DNA of 41,704 nt, from assembly GCA_947632275.1 (NCBI GenBank), contig CANROR010000001.1:1-41704 (forward strand). Reading direction: 5' to 3'. Below the pieces are notes generated by a model that was not told where the DNA came from, ran no database searches, and worked only from the letters and a program-made list of their open reading frames with translations. Both the position numbers and the translations under genes were made by a program. The stretch comes from an uncultured Bacilli bacterium (lineage in GTDB: Bacteria > Bacillota_I > Bacilli_A > RF39 > UBA660). The stretch's first letter is position 1, and every line of letters begins with the position of its first letter. Positions 17,248-27,029 of the stretch are shown in pieces.

Positions 17248-18315
17248 TTAATCTCCTATAATATGATTTATGGTCTTACTTATTTCGGCATTAAATTGCC
17301 GAATATCAAATTTTTTAAATTGAACTTGATTTGTCAAAACTTTTTCCATCGCTAATGCAATATCCTCTTTTCTTTTCGAGGTAATAATTCCATAGTCTTC
17401 ACCAATAATCGTAGAAGCATCGGATACATCAGTTGTAATAATCGGTTTATTTAAAGCTAAAGCTTCACTAAAAACAACGGGATAACCTTCCCAATCGGAA
17501 GTTATAACTACGGCATCGGCAATTTTGTAATAAGGATACGGATTTTGTTGAAAACCGAAGAATTTAATTGTACCTTCCAATCCCAAGCCTTGAACCATTT
17601 TTTGATATTTGTCATGATCAGGGCCATCACCTATAAAAAGGACTGCAAAATCATAACCCTTCTTTTTTAACAATTGACTGGCTTCAATAATTCGCCCTAA
17701 TTTTTTACTTTTATCATCATGTCTTCCGACATTTATAAAAGTAAATTTTTGCTTTTGATAAGTTATTTTTTCTTTAACTAATTTATTTATTTTAGCCAGA
17801 TCAATATAATTTCGACATAAAATTAATTTATTTTGAGGAGCAAAAACTTTTTGATAATTAGTTAAAGCTCGGGCCGAAACAAAAACGATATTTTGGAATT
17901 CTTGAGCTTTTATTTTTTGATAAAAATCCCGACCTTCATTTTTTTCCATTTTCGTATAATCACTATGAACCCAAAGGTAATTTTTTTTACATACGCGTCT
18001 AACAATAATCGAAAAGGCATAATTATAAGTAGTATAACTTATGGCTACATCAAACTTATGCCGATATTTAATTATCGTTTTAATTAAATTAAGCCGATTA
18101 TATATTTTACGCGCCAATACCAAACCGGTGGTTTTTAATTTATAATCGATAACCTTAACCGCGGCCGGCACATCTTTTAAAAATATGCCTTTCTTTTCTT
18201 CTAAAAGTAACGTAACATCATATTTAGAATAATCAATTAAATTTAAAAAAGTGATTAAACTAGTTTCAATGCCGCCATAGTCTAACGTATTAGCCGTTAT
18301 CAAAATCTTTTTCAT
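17248..18315 (-). CDS. Family 4 (GT-B) glycosyltransferase
   Basis: EGYPVVFSEALALNKPIITTDV (E-x7-E) and FIGDGPD. ATGA-type overlap with the upstream gene. Confidence 0.85.
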   Translation of the reverse strand: MKKILITANTLDYGGIETSLITFLNLIDYSKYDVTLLLEEKKGIFLKDVPAAVKVIDYKLKTTGLVLARKIYNRLNLIKTIIKYRHKFDVAISYTTYNYAFSIIVRRVCKKNYLWVHSDYTKMEKNEGRDFYQKIKAQEFQNIVFVSARALTNYQKVFAPQNKLILCRNYIDLAKINKLVKEKITYQKQKFTFINVGRHDDKSKKLGRIIEASQLLKKKGYDFAVLFIGDGPDHDKYQKMVQGLGLEGTIKFFGFQQNPYPYYKIADAVVITSDWEGYPVVFSEALALNKPIITTDVSDASTIIGEDYGIITSKRKEDIALAMEKVLTNQVQFKKFDIRQFNAEISKTINHIIGD

Positions 18316-19109
18316 GCTTTACCTCGCAATAAATTAAAAATTTTTTTAACAATTTTAAACGGAATTTTTAAAATATATTTAATTCTAAGTTCAAATCGTA
18401 AATATTTTAACCCCTTTTCGACGCCGTATTTGTCGGTCAACTCTTTTTTCCGTCTTTCTTCTTTTTGTTGCCATTTAGGTAACCACGAACCATTAAAATG
18501 ATGAATCGCCACCGTCTCTGGTTTTAATTCTATGGCTCCCGTATCATGGTTCTTAGGACAAAATACGGAAGCGGGATAAAGAACGACATCGCCCAAATCT
18601 TGATAGGTATTATCTAACTTCAAAGGATAATTAGCCTTGGTTAAATTCGTAATAAAAATGACATTGGTCGTTAAATCATACTCATCTTTACCCACTTTAA
18701 AATGTTTATTTTTATAATCATCTAAAAGTAATTTAATCCATTTATTATGTTTACAACTTGCCATTAAACCCGTGGGAATTAAATTATTATTTTCAAAGCC
18801 TGAGAAAGCCGGATGGGTTAAAAAAGAATCTAGATTTTTTAAAAGTTCGACATCCGTATCCATATAAATTCCCCCATAGTTATAAAGGACATAAAGCCGA
18901 ACATAATCGGTGACAAAAGCATACTTTTTAGCTTCATAGGCTTCTTTAACGTAAGCGTTGGTATTAAGATCAAAATTATCTTCATTCCATTCAATTATTT
19001 CATAATCAGGACAATACTTCGACCATGAGGCAATCCAATTTAAAATCTCGGGACTTTTTTTACCCCGACCAAACCAACAATAATGAATTTTTTTAGGAAT
19101 CGTTTTCAT
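18312..19109 (-). CDS. GT32-like glycosyltransferase (Gly_transf_sug, DXD type)
   Basis: IPKKIHYCWFG N-terminus and TDYVRLYVLYNYGGIYMDTDVE, typical of the capsular/OCH1-like sugar transferase family. Confidence 0.8.
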   Translation of the reverse strand: MKTIPKKIHYCWFGRGKKSPEILNWIASWSKYCPDYEIIEWNEDNFDLNTNAYVKEAYEAKKYAFVTDYVRLYVLYNYGGIYMDTDVELLKNLDSFLTHPAFSGFENNNLIPTGLMASCKHNKWIKLLLDDYKNKHFKVGKDEYDLTTNVIFITNLTKANYPLKLDNTYQDLGDVVLYPASVFCPKNHDTGAIELKPETVAIHHFNGSWLPKWQQKEERRKKELTDKYGVEKGLKYLRFELRIKYILKIPFKIVKKIFNLLRGKA

Positions 19110-20638
19110 GCTTTTTTTCTCCTTTTAAGCATGGTGAAAAATTCTTGGCGATCCTCTTTCGTTAAAATAATAAATAAATTAAGAGCCACTGTCAAAACAC
19201 TTAAAATAAGACACGCTAATATTAAAGAAAGCCAACTATGAATAAAGATAAATTTTTTAATAACAATAGCTAAAATAAGACAAATAATATTAACAAGCGT
19301 AATTTTCATAAGTAAAGGATAAAAACTCTTCCAAGATAAATTTAAACACTTCGCCGAATACAAAGGCAAAAAGACCCAACACTTAATTAAACTAATAACT
19401 GAACCAACACCCGCGATAATATAAAGTTTTAAAGTATTATCAGCTGTAACATGTAACAATATAAAGGTTATTAAAAGCGTAAAAAAAGATGAGAAAATTA
19501 AAAATAGGGAAGACTCTTTAACATTATTAGTAGCCGTGAAAATATACCACATCGGTTCTAAAGCTAAAGCAAAGATTAAACCAATGCCAAATAAACCCGA
19601 CAAATTCCGTAAGATTGTCGCATTTTCTAAAGGCGTCCAAAGATTATAAAATTCGGTTCCAAAAATAAACAAAATGGCAATTGGAATGCAAGAAATTAAA
19701 GCTAAAATCTTACATGAGAAATTAATTTGATTTTTCATTTCTTCGTAATTTTTCTTGGCATAGCTAATTGTTAAAGATGGAGCTAAAATGCTCGCCAAAA
19801 GGCCAAAAGCCGCCAGAATTTGATTAGGTAAAGTCTTAGATACCGCGAGCGTTCCCATGGCTAGAGAACTAATAAAAATATTACAAATAAGTAAATCTAA
19901 GCTACTCGATAAAACATTACTAATTTTATTTATCGAATTCCAAATTCCACTTTTAATTAATGTAAAAACATGTTTTAAACTATAATCTTTTTTCTTAACC
20001 TTTAATTCAGGAGCCAGTTTTTTCGTATAATAGTAATTTAAAAACGCAATAATAATATTACAAATAAGAATGGCTAAACCAACATACCAAATATAAGGCG
20101 GTAATTTCGCATACAAGACAATTAAAATAATAATTCTAATAGTTTGGCCTAAAACATTAATTAAAGAACAAATATAAGTTTTGTTTTTGGAATATGGCCC
20201 AATCGTAAAAATGGAACTTAAGATGGTTAAAATAAAATTTAAAAACAAAAAGGCCCAAAGTAATTTAACATCCCCTACTAAGCTAGGACTTATATTAACC
20301 AATTTTTCTAAAAAAACTAAGACAAAAATAAAGATTAAGGCGATAATGCTTGCAATAAAAATATTAGAAAGCATCACCGAACTATAAAATTTATTGGCTT
20401 CGGCATATTTTTTCTGCGTTAAATTAACTAAAATAAAACGGGTTGCCATGGAATTTAAAGCCACCGTAATAATTTGGGCATAATTAATGAAATCATTACC
20501 TAAAGTGACAAAACCATAAGCTTCGGCCCCAATTTTTCGCGTAATAAACGGAACTAATAATAAACTTAAGCCGACATTAATAAATAAAAGTAAGATTTGG
20601 GAGCCAAAATTAATTAAAAAGATTTTTTTATCTTTCAT
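19106..20638 (-). CDS. Polysaccharide flippase (Wzx, MOP superfamily)
   Basis: 510 aa with about 14 TM segments. Its position between the initiating transferase and the GTs, and 4-nt overlaps on both sides, fit a flippase. Confidence 0.75.
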   Translation of the reverse strand: MKDKKIFLINFGSQILLLFINVGLSLLLVPFITRKIGAEAYGFVTLGNDFINYAQIITVALNSMATRFILVNLTQKKYAEANKFYSSVMLSNIFIASIIALIFIFVLVFLEKLVNISPSLVGDVKLLWAFLFLNFILTILSSIFTIGPYSKNKTYICSLINVLGQTIRIIILIVLYAKLPPYIWYVGLAILICNIIIAFLNYYYTKKLAPELKVKKKDYSLKHVFTLIKSGIWNSINKISNVLSSSLDLLICNIFISSLAMGTLAVSKTLPNQILAAFGLLASILAPSLTISYAKKNYEEMKNQINFSCKILALISCIPIAILFIFGTEFYNLWTPLENATILRNLSGLFGIGLIFALALEPMWYIFTATNNVKESSLFLIFSSFFTLLITFILLHVTADNTLKLYIIAGVGSVISLIKCWVFLPLYSAKCLNLSWKSFYPLLMKITLVNIICLILAIVIKKFIFIHSWLSLILACLILSVLTVALNLFIILTKEDRQEFFTMLKRRKKA

Positions 20639-21762
20639 GATTTTTTCTTCTTTCTTTTTTGTTTCTTTGTCGCTTTCTTACTTGCCTTTTTCTTTTCTTG
20701 TTTCTTTTGCACTTGTTCACTTGCTTGATGATGTTCAAATAAAATATTGGTTTTTAAAACAATATATAAGAAGAAAATCATTACGGCCACATACATAACA
20801 ATTGCTTGTTTATTATCGCCAATGACATAAAGAATCGAAATCGCCGCGAAAATAATGTTAATTAAATAAATTAAAAGAACGGTTTTTGTTGGTGATGATG
20901 TCATTTTCAAAAGTTGATGATGCAAGTGTTCTTTGTCGGGATGCCCAATTGATTCTCTTTTTAAAAGTCGCCGAAAAATAGCTAAAAGGGTATCAAAAAT
21001 CGGAATAAACAAAATAATTAAAGGAATAATTATCGAAGTTATCGTCGTAACTTTATAACCTAATAATGCAATAATAGCAATCATGAAGCCTAAGAACATA
21101 CTTCCCGTATCACCAATAAAAATTTTGGCCGGAGGAAAATTATGAACTAAAAAACCTAAAGTACTACCTAACATTATTAAAGCTAAAATAACATCTAAGC
21201 CCCCTAAAGAATTACGGGTAAAACCTAAAATGGCAATCGTTAAAAAATAAATAGAACTTATGCCTGAAGACAAGCCATCTAAGCCATCAATTAAATTAAT
21301 CGCATTAATAATTGCAACAATAAAGAAAACCGATAATATCATATTAATCCATGTTGGAAAAGATAAATTGTACCCTAAAATAGATAAATCATTAAAATAA
21401 AGTTTGCCATAAAAGACGACAACAGATGCGGCTAAAACTTGAAATAAAAATTTATATCTAGGTGGAATCGAATTAATATCATCAACGATACCCGTTAAAA
21501 TAATGATGAAACCCCCAATTAAAAGACTAATCATTTGGGTTGAAACCGGCGCATATAATATATACCCTAATAAAAATGAGGCAAAAACCGCTAAACCACC
21601 CAACCGGGGAATCGGTTTTTTATGGATTTTTCTTTCATTAGGAATATCCATAGCATTTATATGAACTGCAATTTTTTTAATTAAGAAAACTAACAATAAA
21701 CTGGTAATAAAGGTTACAAGCACAATACTATAAACACTAAAACCATTAATTTTTAAGTTCAT
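20635..21762 (-). CDS. Polyprenyl-phosphate N-acetylhexosamine-1-phosphate transferase (MraY/WecA/TagO family)
   Basis: About 11 TM segments, KPIPRLGGLAVF, GIVDDINS, NAINLIDGLDGL, and VHNFPPAKIFIGDTGSMFLG. It ends in an unusual K-rich tail, QKKQEKKKASKKATKKQKRKKKKS. Confidence 0.85.
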   Translation of the reverse strand: MNLKINGFSVYSIVLVTFITSLLLVFLIKKIAVHINAMDIPNERKIHKKPIPRLGGLAVFASFLLGYILYAPVSTQMISLLIGGFIIILTGIVDDINSIPPRYKFLFQVLAASVVVFYGKLYFNDLSILGYNLSFPTWINMILSVFFIVAIINAINLIDGLDGLSSGISSIYFLTIAILGFTRNSLGGLDVILALIMLGSTLGFLVHNFPPAKIFIGDTGSMFLGFMIAIIALLGYKVTTITSIIIPLIILFIPIFDTLLAIFRRLLKRESIGHPDKEHLHHQLLKMTSSPTKTVLLIYLINIIFAAISILYVIGDNKQAIVMYVAVMIFFLYIVLKTNILFEHHQASEQVQKKQEKKKASKKATKKQKRKKKKS

Positions 21763-21866
21763 TTTAAATCACCATACTATAATTATATCAGTTCTTTGAC
21801 AGAAGTTAAAGGCTTTTTAGTTGCGATTGCTTATATTTTATGATAAGCTTTTTATGAGGGATAAAG

Positions 21867-22295
21867 ATGAATAAAAAAGGTTTTACATTGACTGAACTCT
21901 TGGCAACAATTACCGTTTTGGCGATTATTATTACTATTAGTGTGGCTAGCTATAATACTATTCAAAAAAACGTTTTGGATCAACAATACGAAAATTTAAA
22001 AAGTTATATTTTAAGTGGCGCGGAAGATTATGCCCATAAAAATAATTTTGCTCCTGTGAATGAAAAAGAAGAAATTCATATCTATATTAATGTTGAAAAA
22101 TTAATAAAACAAGGTATTATTACCGCGGACGATCAATCAGGAAATATCATAAATCCTGTCGATAAAACCATAATGAATGATAAATGTATTAAAATTGATT
22201 ATATTAACGAATCTCGTTCCTATGAAGCTAGCTTTGAAGAAAATGAGACAAATTGTCAAACTACTTTACCCCACATTGTAAGAACTAAAAAATGA
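21867..22295 (+). CDS. Type IV pilin / pseudopilin-like protein (prepilin N-terminal cleavage-methylation domain)
   Basis: MNKKGFTLTELLATITVLAIIITI is the canonical G/FTLxE class III signal plus hydrophobic helix. Two C-terminal Cys residues (NDKC...ETNC) resemble a D-region disulfide. GAGGG lies 7 nt before the ATG. Confidence 0.8.
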   Translation: MNKKGFTLTELLATITVLAIIITISVASYNTIQKNVLDQQYENLKSYILSGAEDYAHKNNFAPVNEKEEIHIYINVEKLIKQGIITADDQSGNIINPVDKTIMNDKCIKIDYINESRSYEASFEENETNCQTTLPHIVRTKK

Positions 22296-22324
22296 TTTCC
22301 TAATTTAAGAAAATCATTTTTTTA
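22287..22324. terminator. Bidirectional terminator between the pilin-like gene and rseP
   Basis: AAATGATTT (22290-22298) and AAATCATTT (22311-22319) form a perfect stem, extendable through flanking A/T. It is flanked by an A run upstream and a T run downstream, and sits exactly between two convergent stop codons. Confidence 0.7.
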
Positions 22325-23380
22325 TTAGAATAATTTAATAATATCTTGAATTGTTATATATACCATTAAGATTAGAAGTAAGATAAAACCAATGGTATGA
22401 CAAATATTTTCGAACTTTTGATTCACAGGACTACCCTTTATCTTTTCAATAAGTAAGAATAAGACGTGACCACCATCAAAAGCTGGGAATGGTAAGATAT
22501 TAATAAAGCCGACATTAATTGATAATAACGCAATTAAATAGAATAAATAATCTAAACCATAGCCTTGAGAAACATCCACTACTTGATAAATTCCCACTGG
22601 ACCTGATAAAGCATTTAAAGAAATCTTACCGGTGAATAAACCCGTGATTGTTAACCACATGGAATGAACGATACTGCCAAACTTTTGGAACGAATACTTT
22701 AGACAATCCCAAAGATTTTTCGTTTTGGTTGTCTCAACCATCATCCCAAAGACTTGTCTTTCTTCGCCAGTGGTTTCATCTTTTTCCGTAGTTGGGGTTA
22801 TTTTATATGTATCTTTTTGGCCATCTTGATGTTCGACTTCAAAAGTATAATAGTTTTTATCATTTTTCATATAAAGAACAATTTGCGCAACATCCCAACT
22901 ATTTACTTTATAACCATTTATTTTGGTTATTCTATCGCCTTTAACAATTCCGGCTTCAGCCATAGGATAACCTTCTAAAGCTTCATCCACAACTGGTTTT
23001 AAAGTATTGCCACCCCAGATTAAAGCACCAACGAAAAGAAGCAATAAAGCTAAAATAAAGTTATTAGTAACCCCGGCCACTAGAATAATTAAGCGTTGAT
23101 ACCACGGCTTATTACACATTAATTTTTTCTTATCAACTTTTTCGTCATCGTCGTAAACTTCACCAGCCATCGAAACAAAACCACCAATTGGTATGGCTCT
23201 AATATTATAATTTATCTGATCTTTTTTGCATTTATGACTAAAAATGACTGGCCCCATCCCAATGGAAAATTCATAAATATGAACCCCAAATGTTTTAGCC
23301 CAAATAAAGTGCCCAAATTCATGAACTAAGATAATTATTCCTAAAATAAAAATTAAAACAAGTATTGATAAAATCCACAT
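22325..23380 (-). CDS. rseP: RIP site-2 metalloprotease RseP/RasP (M50)
   Basis: HEFGHF (HExxH) in TM1, a central PDZ-like segment (GDRITKINGYKV), and the NILPFPAFDGGH (NxxPxxxxDG) motif. Follows cdsA as in many Firmicutes. Confidence 0.9.
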   Translation of the reverse strand: MWILSILVLIFILGIIILVHEFGHFIWAKTFGVHIYEFSIGMGPVIFSHKCKKDQINYNIRAIPIGGFVSMAGEVYDDDEKVDKKKLMCNKPWYQRLIILVAGVTNNFILALLLLFVGALIWGGNTLKPVVDEALEGYPMAEAGIVKGDRITKINGYKVNSWDVAQIVLYMKNDKNYYTFEVEHQDGQKDTYKITPTTEKDETTGEERQVFGMMVETTKTKNLWDCLKYSFQKFGSIVHSMWLTITGLFTGKISLNALSGPVGIYQVVDVSQGYGLDYLFYLIALLSINVGFINILPFPAFDGGHVLFLLIEKIKGSPVNQKFENICHTIGFILLLILMVYITIQDIIKLF

Positions 23381-23389
23381 AGTTCCTCC

Positions 23390-24178
23390 TTATAGATATA
23401 GCATTAATAAAAAATATGTTAAAATTACAAAAATAAAACTATCTAAACGGTCTAATATTCCCCCGTGACCCGGCATAATATTCGAAAAATCTTTAATTGC
23501 ATTTTCTCTTTTGATTTTACTCATAAACAAATCCCCGATTTGCCCTACTACCGATAAAATAGCCGTTACTAAAACAATTTTAAAAGAAAATGGTTTTACT
23601 AATAACGAATAAATAATAACGCCGCCAATAGTTCCGGCAAAGAAACCCGCAAAAGAACCTTCCCAAGTTTTATTAGGACTTATCTTCGGGCAAAGTTTGT
23701 TTTTGCCAAAAGCTTTACCAAAAATATAAGCAAAAGTATCCGTTAAAATAGGAATTGATAATAAATAGATAAATAACATTAAGCTTCGATTCCGCGCAAT
23801 AATAAATAAGTTAAAAGTAATCCCTAAAAATAAGGTAATTCCTAATAAATAAAAAGCATCTTTCGTCGAATATTTATCTTGATAATACACCGTTGGTAAT
23901 GTTAAAAAGATTAAAGATAAAATAATGCGTTCATACGATACTCCAAAATAAGTAGCACGTTCGACAAAATTATCTAATATCAATAAAGCCAAACAAACTA
24001 CGCCAAAAAAGATCATTAATTTAGGTAATTTTTTATGACTTTTTCTTAAATCCATCAATTCTTTATAACCTAACATGGCTAAAATGCCAACACCTAAGTA
24101 AAAAGGATAACCACCTACATAAATAAGGGGAATAGCAATAATTGAAGCTATTATTGCACTTAAAACTCTTGTTTTCAT
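23390..24178 (-). CDS. cdsA: Phosphatidate cytidylyltransferase
   Basis: Polytopic protein with the signature SKIKRENAIKDFSNIMPGHGGILDRLDS (S-x-x-KR-x4-KD-x5-PGHGG-x2-DR-x-D). Confidence 0.92.
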   Translation of the reverse strand: MKTRVLSAIIASIIAIPLIYVGGYPFYLGVGILAMLGYKELMDLRKSHKKLPKLMIFFGVVCLALLILDNFVERATYFGVSYERIILSLIFLTLPTVYYQDKYSTKDAFYLLGITLFLGITFNLFIIARNRSLMLFIYLLSIPILTDTFAYIFGKAFGKNKLCPKISPNKTWEGSFAGFFAGTIGGVIIYSLLVKPFSFKIVLVTAILSVVGQIGDLFMSKIKRENAIKDFSNIMPGHGGILDRLDSFIFVILTYFLLMLYL

Positions 24179-24199
24179 ATCTTACCTTCTTCCATAATA

Positions 24200-24228
24200 A
24201 GTATACTATTTTTCTAAAAAGATGTAAA
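24200..24228 (-). promoter_or_regulatory. Promoter of cdsA-rseP
   Basis: The minus strand reads TTTACA-17 nt-TATACT (-35 at 24228-24223, -10 at 24205-24200), about 20 nt upstream of the cdsA SD GAAGGT. Confidence 0.55.
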
Positions 24229-24348
24229 TTATTTCTTAATTTAGTTCCAATTTTTTTAAATTCTATTTTCCAAAATTATAGTTATACTATTCATCTAAAT
24301 ATTACACTTTAAGCTTTTATGTTATAATGGTCCTAGAAAGGAGTATAA

Positions 24349-24894
24349 ATGAAAAATTTTATTAAGAAAGCAGGATTTGTTTTAGGTTGTTCATTATTAC
24401 CAATTATTGTTTTTGGCATAACTATTTATATCGTTCTAACAAAGAGTACTGATTATAAGTACGAATTAGAATCTAACAGAGATTTTGATAACAAATATAT
24501 TAATAATTTTCAAAGTTTAGGTAGTATGGTTGCTTTCGGAGATAAGGGAATTAATGTGACCCCAGTCGATGCTTATATTGAAAGTGGCATGGTTATAGTT
24601 AAAAGTAAAATCGAAAATAAAACTGGTGTTAATTTAAAACTAAAGAATTTTGGAATAGTCACAGGAAATTTTACCAAAAATATTTTTTATACCGATTATG
24701 ATGAAGATACAGTTCTTAATAACGGTGATTCTAAAGAAGTAGAATTTGAAGTTGGCGCTTACGATATAATGAATACCAGCGATGATTTTCCAACTAATAT
24801 GGTATTTACTTTAGGTGCTTATAATGCTTCAAATAATAATTATAACGAATATAACTTAGATTTTACTATTGCTTGGAAATATGCTAGTCCATAG
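24349..24894 (+). CDS. Hypothetical membrane-anchored extracytoplasmic protein
   Basis: Strong SD (AAAGGAG) and an extended -10 (TGTTATAAT, 24320-24328) upstream. N-terminal TM segment followed by a beta-rich ~150-aa domain, possibly DUF4352-like. No diagnostic motif recognised. Confidence 0.65.
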   Translation: MKNFIKKAGFVLGCSLLPIIVFGITIYIVLTKSTDYKYELESNRDFDNKYINNFQSLGSMVAFGDKGINVTPVDAYIESGMVIVKSKIENKTGVNLKLKNFGIVTGNFTKNIFYTDYDEDTVLNNGDSKEVEFEVGAYDIMNTSDDFPTNMVFTLGAYNASNNNYNEYNLDFTIAWKYASP

Positions 24895-24936
24895 AAGTAA
24901 AAGAACCCAATTGAATCTTGAGATAGTTACTAATTT

Positions 24937-24971
24937 AAAAATCCTAACAAATTAAATGTTAGGATTTTTTT
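24937..24971. terminator. Bidirectional terminator
   Basis: AAAAATCCTAAC-9 nt-GTTAGGATTTTT is a perfect 12-bp stem with flanking A/T runs. It serves the plus-strand gene ending at 24894 and the minus-strand tRNA. Confidence 0.8.
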
Positions 24972-24978
24972 CTTTTCT

Positions 24979-25054
24979 TGGTGTCCCCTTAGGGATTCGA
25001 ACCCTAGACCCACTGATTAAGAGTCAGTTGCTCTACCAACTGAGCTAAGGAGAC
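24979..25054 (-). tRNA. tRNA-Lys (anticodon CUU), CCA encoded
   Basis: The reverse complement GTCTCCTTAGCTCAGTTGGTAGAGCAACTGACTCTTAATCAGTGGGTCTAGGGTTCGAATCCCTAAGGGGACACCA folds as a cloverleaf.
- 7-bp acceptor stem with one G-U pair.
- D arm GCTC/GAGC.
- Anticodon stem ACTGA/TCAGT with loop CTCTTAA.
- T arm with GGTTCGAATCC.
- An extended -10 (TGATATACT) lies ~19 nt upstream. Confidence 0.95.
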
Positions 25055-25152
25055 ATCTCTTAAATACTTGTTTAGTATATCATAATTTTAAAGAAAAAGA
25101 AATACCTTTTAAATTCGGCCTATTTATGTTACCATTATTTTGAGGTAAAGTT

Positions 25153-25446
25153 ATGAAAAAGAATTATCGCTCTTTAACTAAGCAAGAAAGAAAAGAAATA
25201 TTAAATAAATATTATCAAACCGATATGGGCAAAATAAATAAAAATCGTTTTTTAAGATTATTAATCTATGGGATTTTATGTATTACGTATAGTTTAGTTC
25301 TAATTATCGAACAATTAATTAAAAATTCTTCCCTTTGGAATTATATTATGGCCCTAGTTATGCTTATCTTTGGTTTAGTATTCTTAATTGGCCGCCATAA
25401 ATTAATTATTCGGAGTATTAATTATTATCTCGTAAAGAATAAGTAA
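25153..25446 (+). CDS. Hypothetical small membrane protein (2 TM)
   Basis: 97-aa ORF with GAGGT 6 nt before the ATG and two clear hydrophobic helices. No motif recognised. Confidence 0.6.
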   Translation: MKKNYRSLTKQERKEILNKYYQTDMGKINKNRFLRLLIYGILCITYSLVLIIEQLIKNSSLWNYIMALVMLIFGLVFLIGRHKLIIRSINYYLVKNK

Positions 25447-25474
25447 AATTATTCTTTTTTTCATAATATTTATT

Positions 25475-25846
25475 ATGAATATAAATGAAAAATTAAGGAA
25501 ATTACGAACGGAAGATTTTATTTGGATTGTTTATTTTTTTATTGCCGCCGCCGCTTTATACTCGAATAAAGATGAAAGAGAATATCTTTTGTATCATAAT
25601 CAAAAAGCCTATCGCGAAAAAAAGACAATCAACATTACAATTTTTATTATTGCCTTAATTATTTATATTTATTTTGTTCTAAATACCGTAGAAGATTTAT
25701 CTCGGATGCCCCAGAATCTGCAAAATCCGGAATTTGTCAATCGCTATGCCCAATTAGTGGCCGCCCTCCTTTTCTTAGTTGGAGGAATAATTTATTTAGT
25801 TGTCGAAGTTAAAGATCCGGTCCCGGGAGAAGTAAGCATTCTTTAA
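25475..25846 (+). CDS. Hypothetical small membrane protein (3 TM)
   Basis: 123-aa ORF with three hydrophobic helices. No obvious SD. Its stop overlaps the stop of the convergent deacetylase gene. Confidence 0.5.
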   Translation: MNINEKLRKLRTEDFIWIVYFFIAAAALYSNKDEREYLLYHNQKAYREKKTINITIFIIALIIYIYFVLNTVEDLSRMPQNLQNPEFVNRYAQLVAALLFLVGGIIYLVVEVKDPVPGEVSIL

Positions 25847-27009
25847 AAATGGCGGTATGTTTGATGATTTTCTAAAACTTCATCTTTTAATTTGGCAAGC
25901 TTACTTACGGTAACAACTTGATAACCTTGAACATATAATTCGGGCAAAAGTTTTTCAATAGCTTTAATACTGGTTTCATAAGAATCATGGAATAAAATTA
26001 TTGAGCCATCCTCAACATTATCTAAAACATGGTTAACTAAGTAATCGACATCTTTATACCGCCAATCATTAGTATCAATACTCCATAAAATAAAAGGCGT
26101 ATCTAAAGTTTGTTTAATATCATTATTGATACTTCCATAAGGAGGCCGCGTTAAAGTAAATTCTTGACCAATAATACCTTTTAAAATTTCATTACTCGTA
26201 TTATATTCATTAATAATATCGTCCTTTTTTTGTCTTTTCATATTTTTATGAGCATAAGAATGATACCCTATTTCATGTTCACTTGCAAATACTTTTTTAA
26301 TTTTATCTTCAGAGCTTAATAACTTACTACCTAAAAAGAAAAACGTACAATGAGCTTTATTAGCATCCAAAATATCGACCAAACTTGCCGTATATTTAGA
26401 TGGCCCATCATCAAACGTAATCGCAATATGTTTTTTGGTATCTACTATTTTATTACCATCATCTTTTTCATAATTTTCATCTAATTCCACCGTGAAATCC
26501 AAATATTTATATATTTCATTGTAATTTACTTGTAAAAATAATTCTTCCTCTACTTGGGGGTCAGTTACCACATCATAAAAGTAAATAATTAAACTATTTT
26601 TTTCAAAACAATAAACTTTATTTTCGTGATTTACTAAAACATCGGCAATAAAAGCAGGATACTTTAAATAAATTAACTCGTTAATTTTTTGATAAAATTC
26701 TTCTTGTTTATTTTTTTTAATAATATTTTCGGTTGCTAATTCTTCACCCGTTAGATAATCAAACATAAAAGATTCGTATTTATCCTCTTCTTTTACCACC
26801 AAACTCGTTACTTTATGATCGAAATTATCATAAAAAACAATCGAATCTTGCTTATATTGAGCTACAAAATTGGCAATTTTTTCTGGGCCTTGATTCTTTT
26901 TGGATTTAAATAAAAAAGAGGTTTTCGAGAAAATGATACATAAACAAGTAAGAAAAATAAATAAACCACTTATAATAATTAAATACTTTTTATTTTTCTG
27001 TTCTTTCAT
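25843..27009 (-). CDS. Membrane-anchored polysaccharide deacetylase (NodB/CE4 domain)
   Basis: N-terminal TM segment, an uncharacterised ~170-aa domain, then CE4 motifs HIAITFDDGPSKYT (TFDDG), HSYAH, and LTRPPYG. Confidence 0.85.
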   Translation of the reverse strand: MKEQKNKKYLIIISGLFIFLTCLCIIFSKTSFLFKSKKNQGPEKIANFVAQYKQDSIVFYDNFDHKVTSLVVKEEDKYESFMFDYLTGEELATENIIKKNKQEEFYQKINELIYLKYPAFIADVLVNHENKVYCFEKNSLIIYFYDVVTDPQVEEELFLQVNYNEIYKYLDFTVELDENYEKDDGNKIVDTKKHIAITFDDGPSKYTASLVDILDANKAHCTFFFLGSKLLSSEDKIKKVFASEHEIGYHSYAHKNMKRQKKDDIINEYNTSNEILKGIIGQEFTLTRPPYGSINNDIKQTLDTPFILWSIDTNDWRYKDVDYLVNHVLDNVEDGSIILFHDSYETSIKAIEKLLPELYVQGYQVVTVSKLAKLKDEVLENHQTYRHF

Positions 27010-27029
27010 TTTCTAAAACCTCTTTACTT

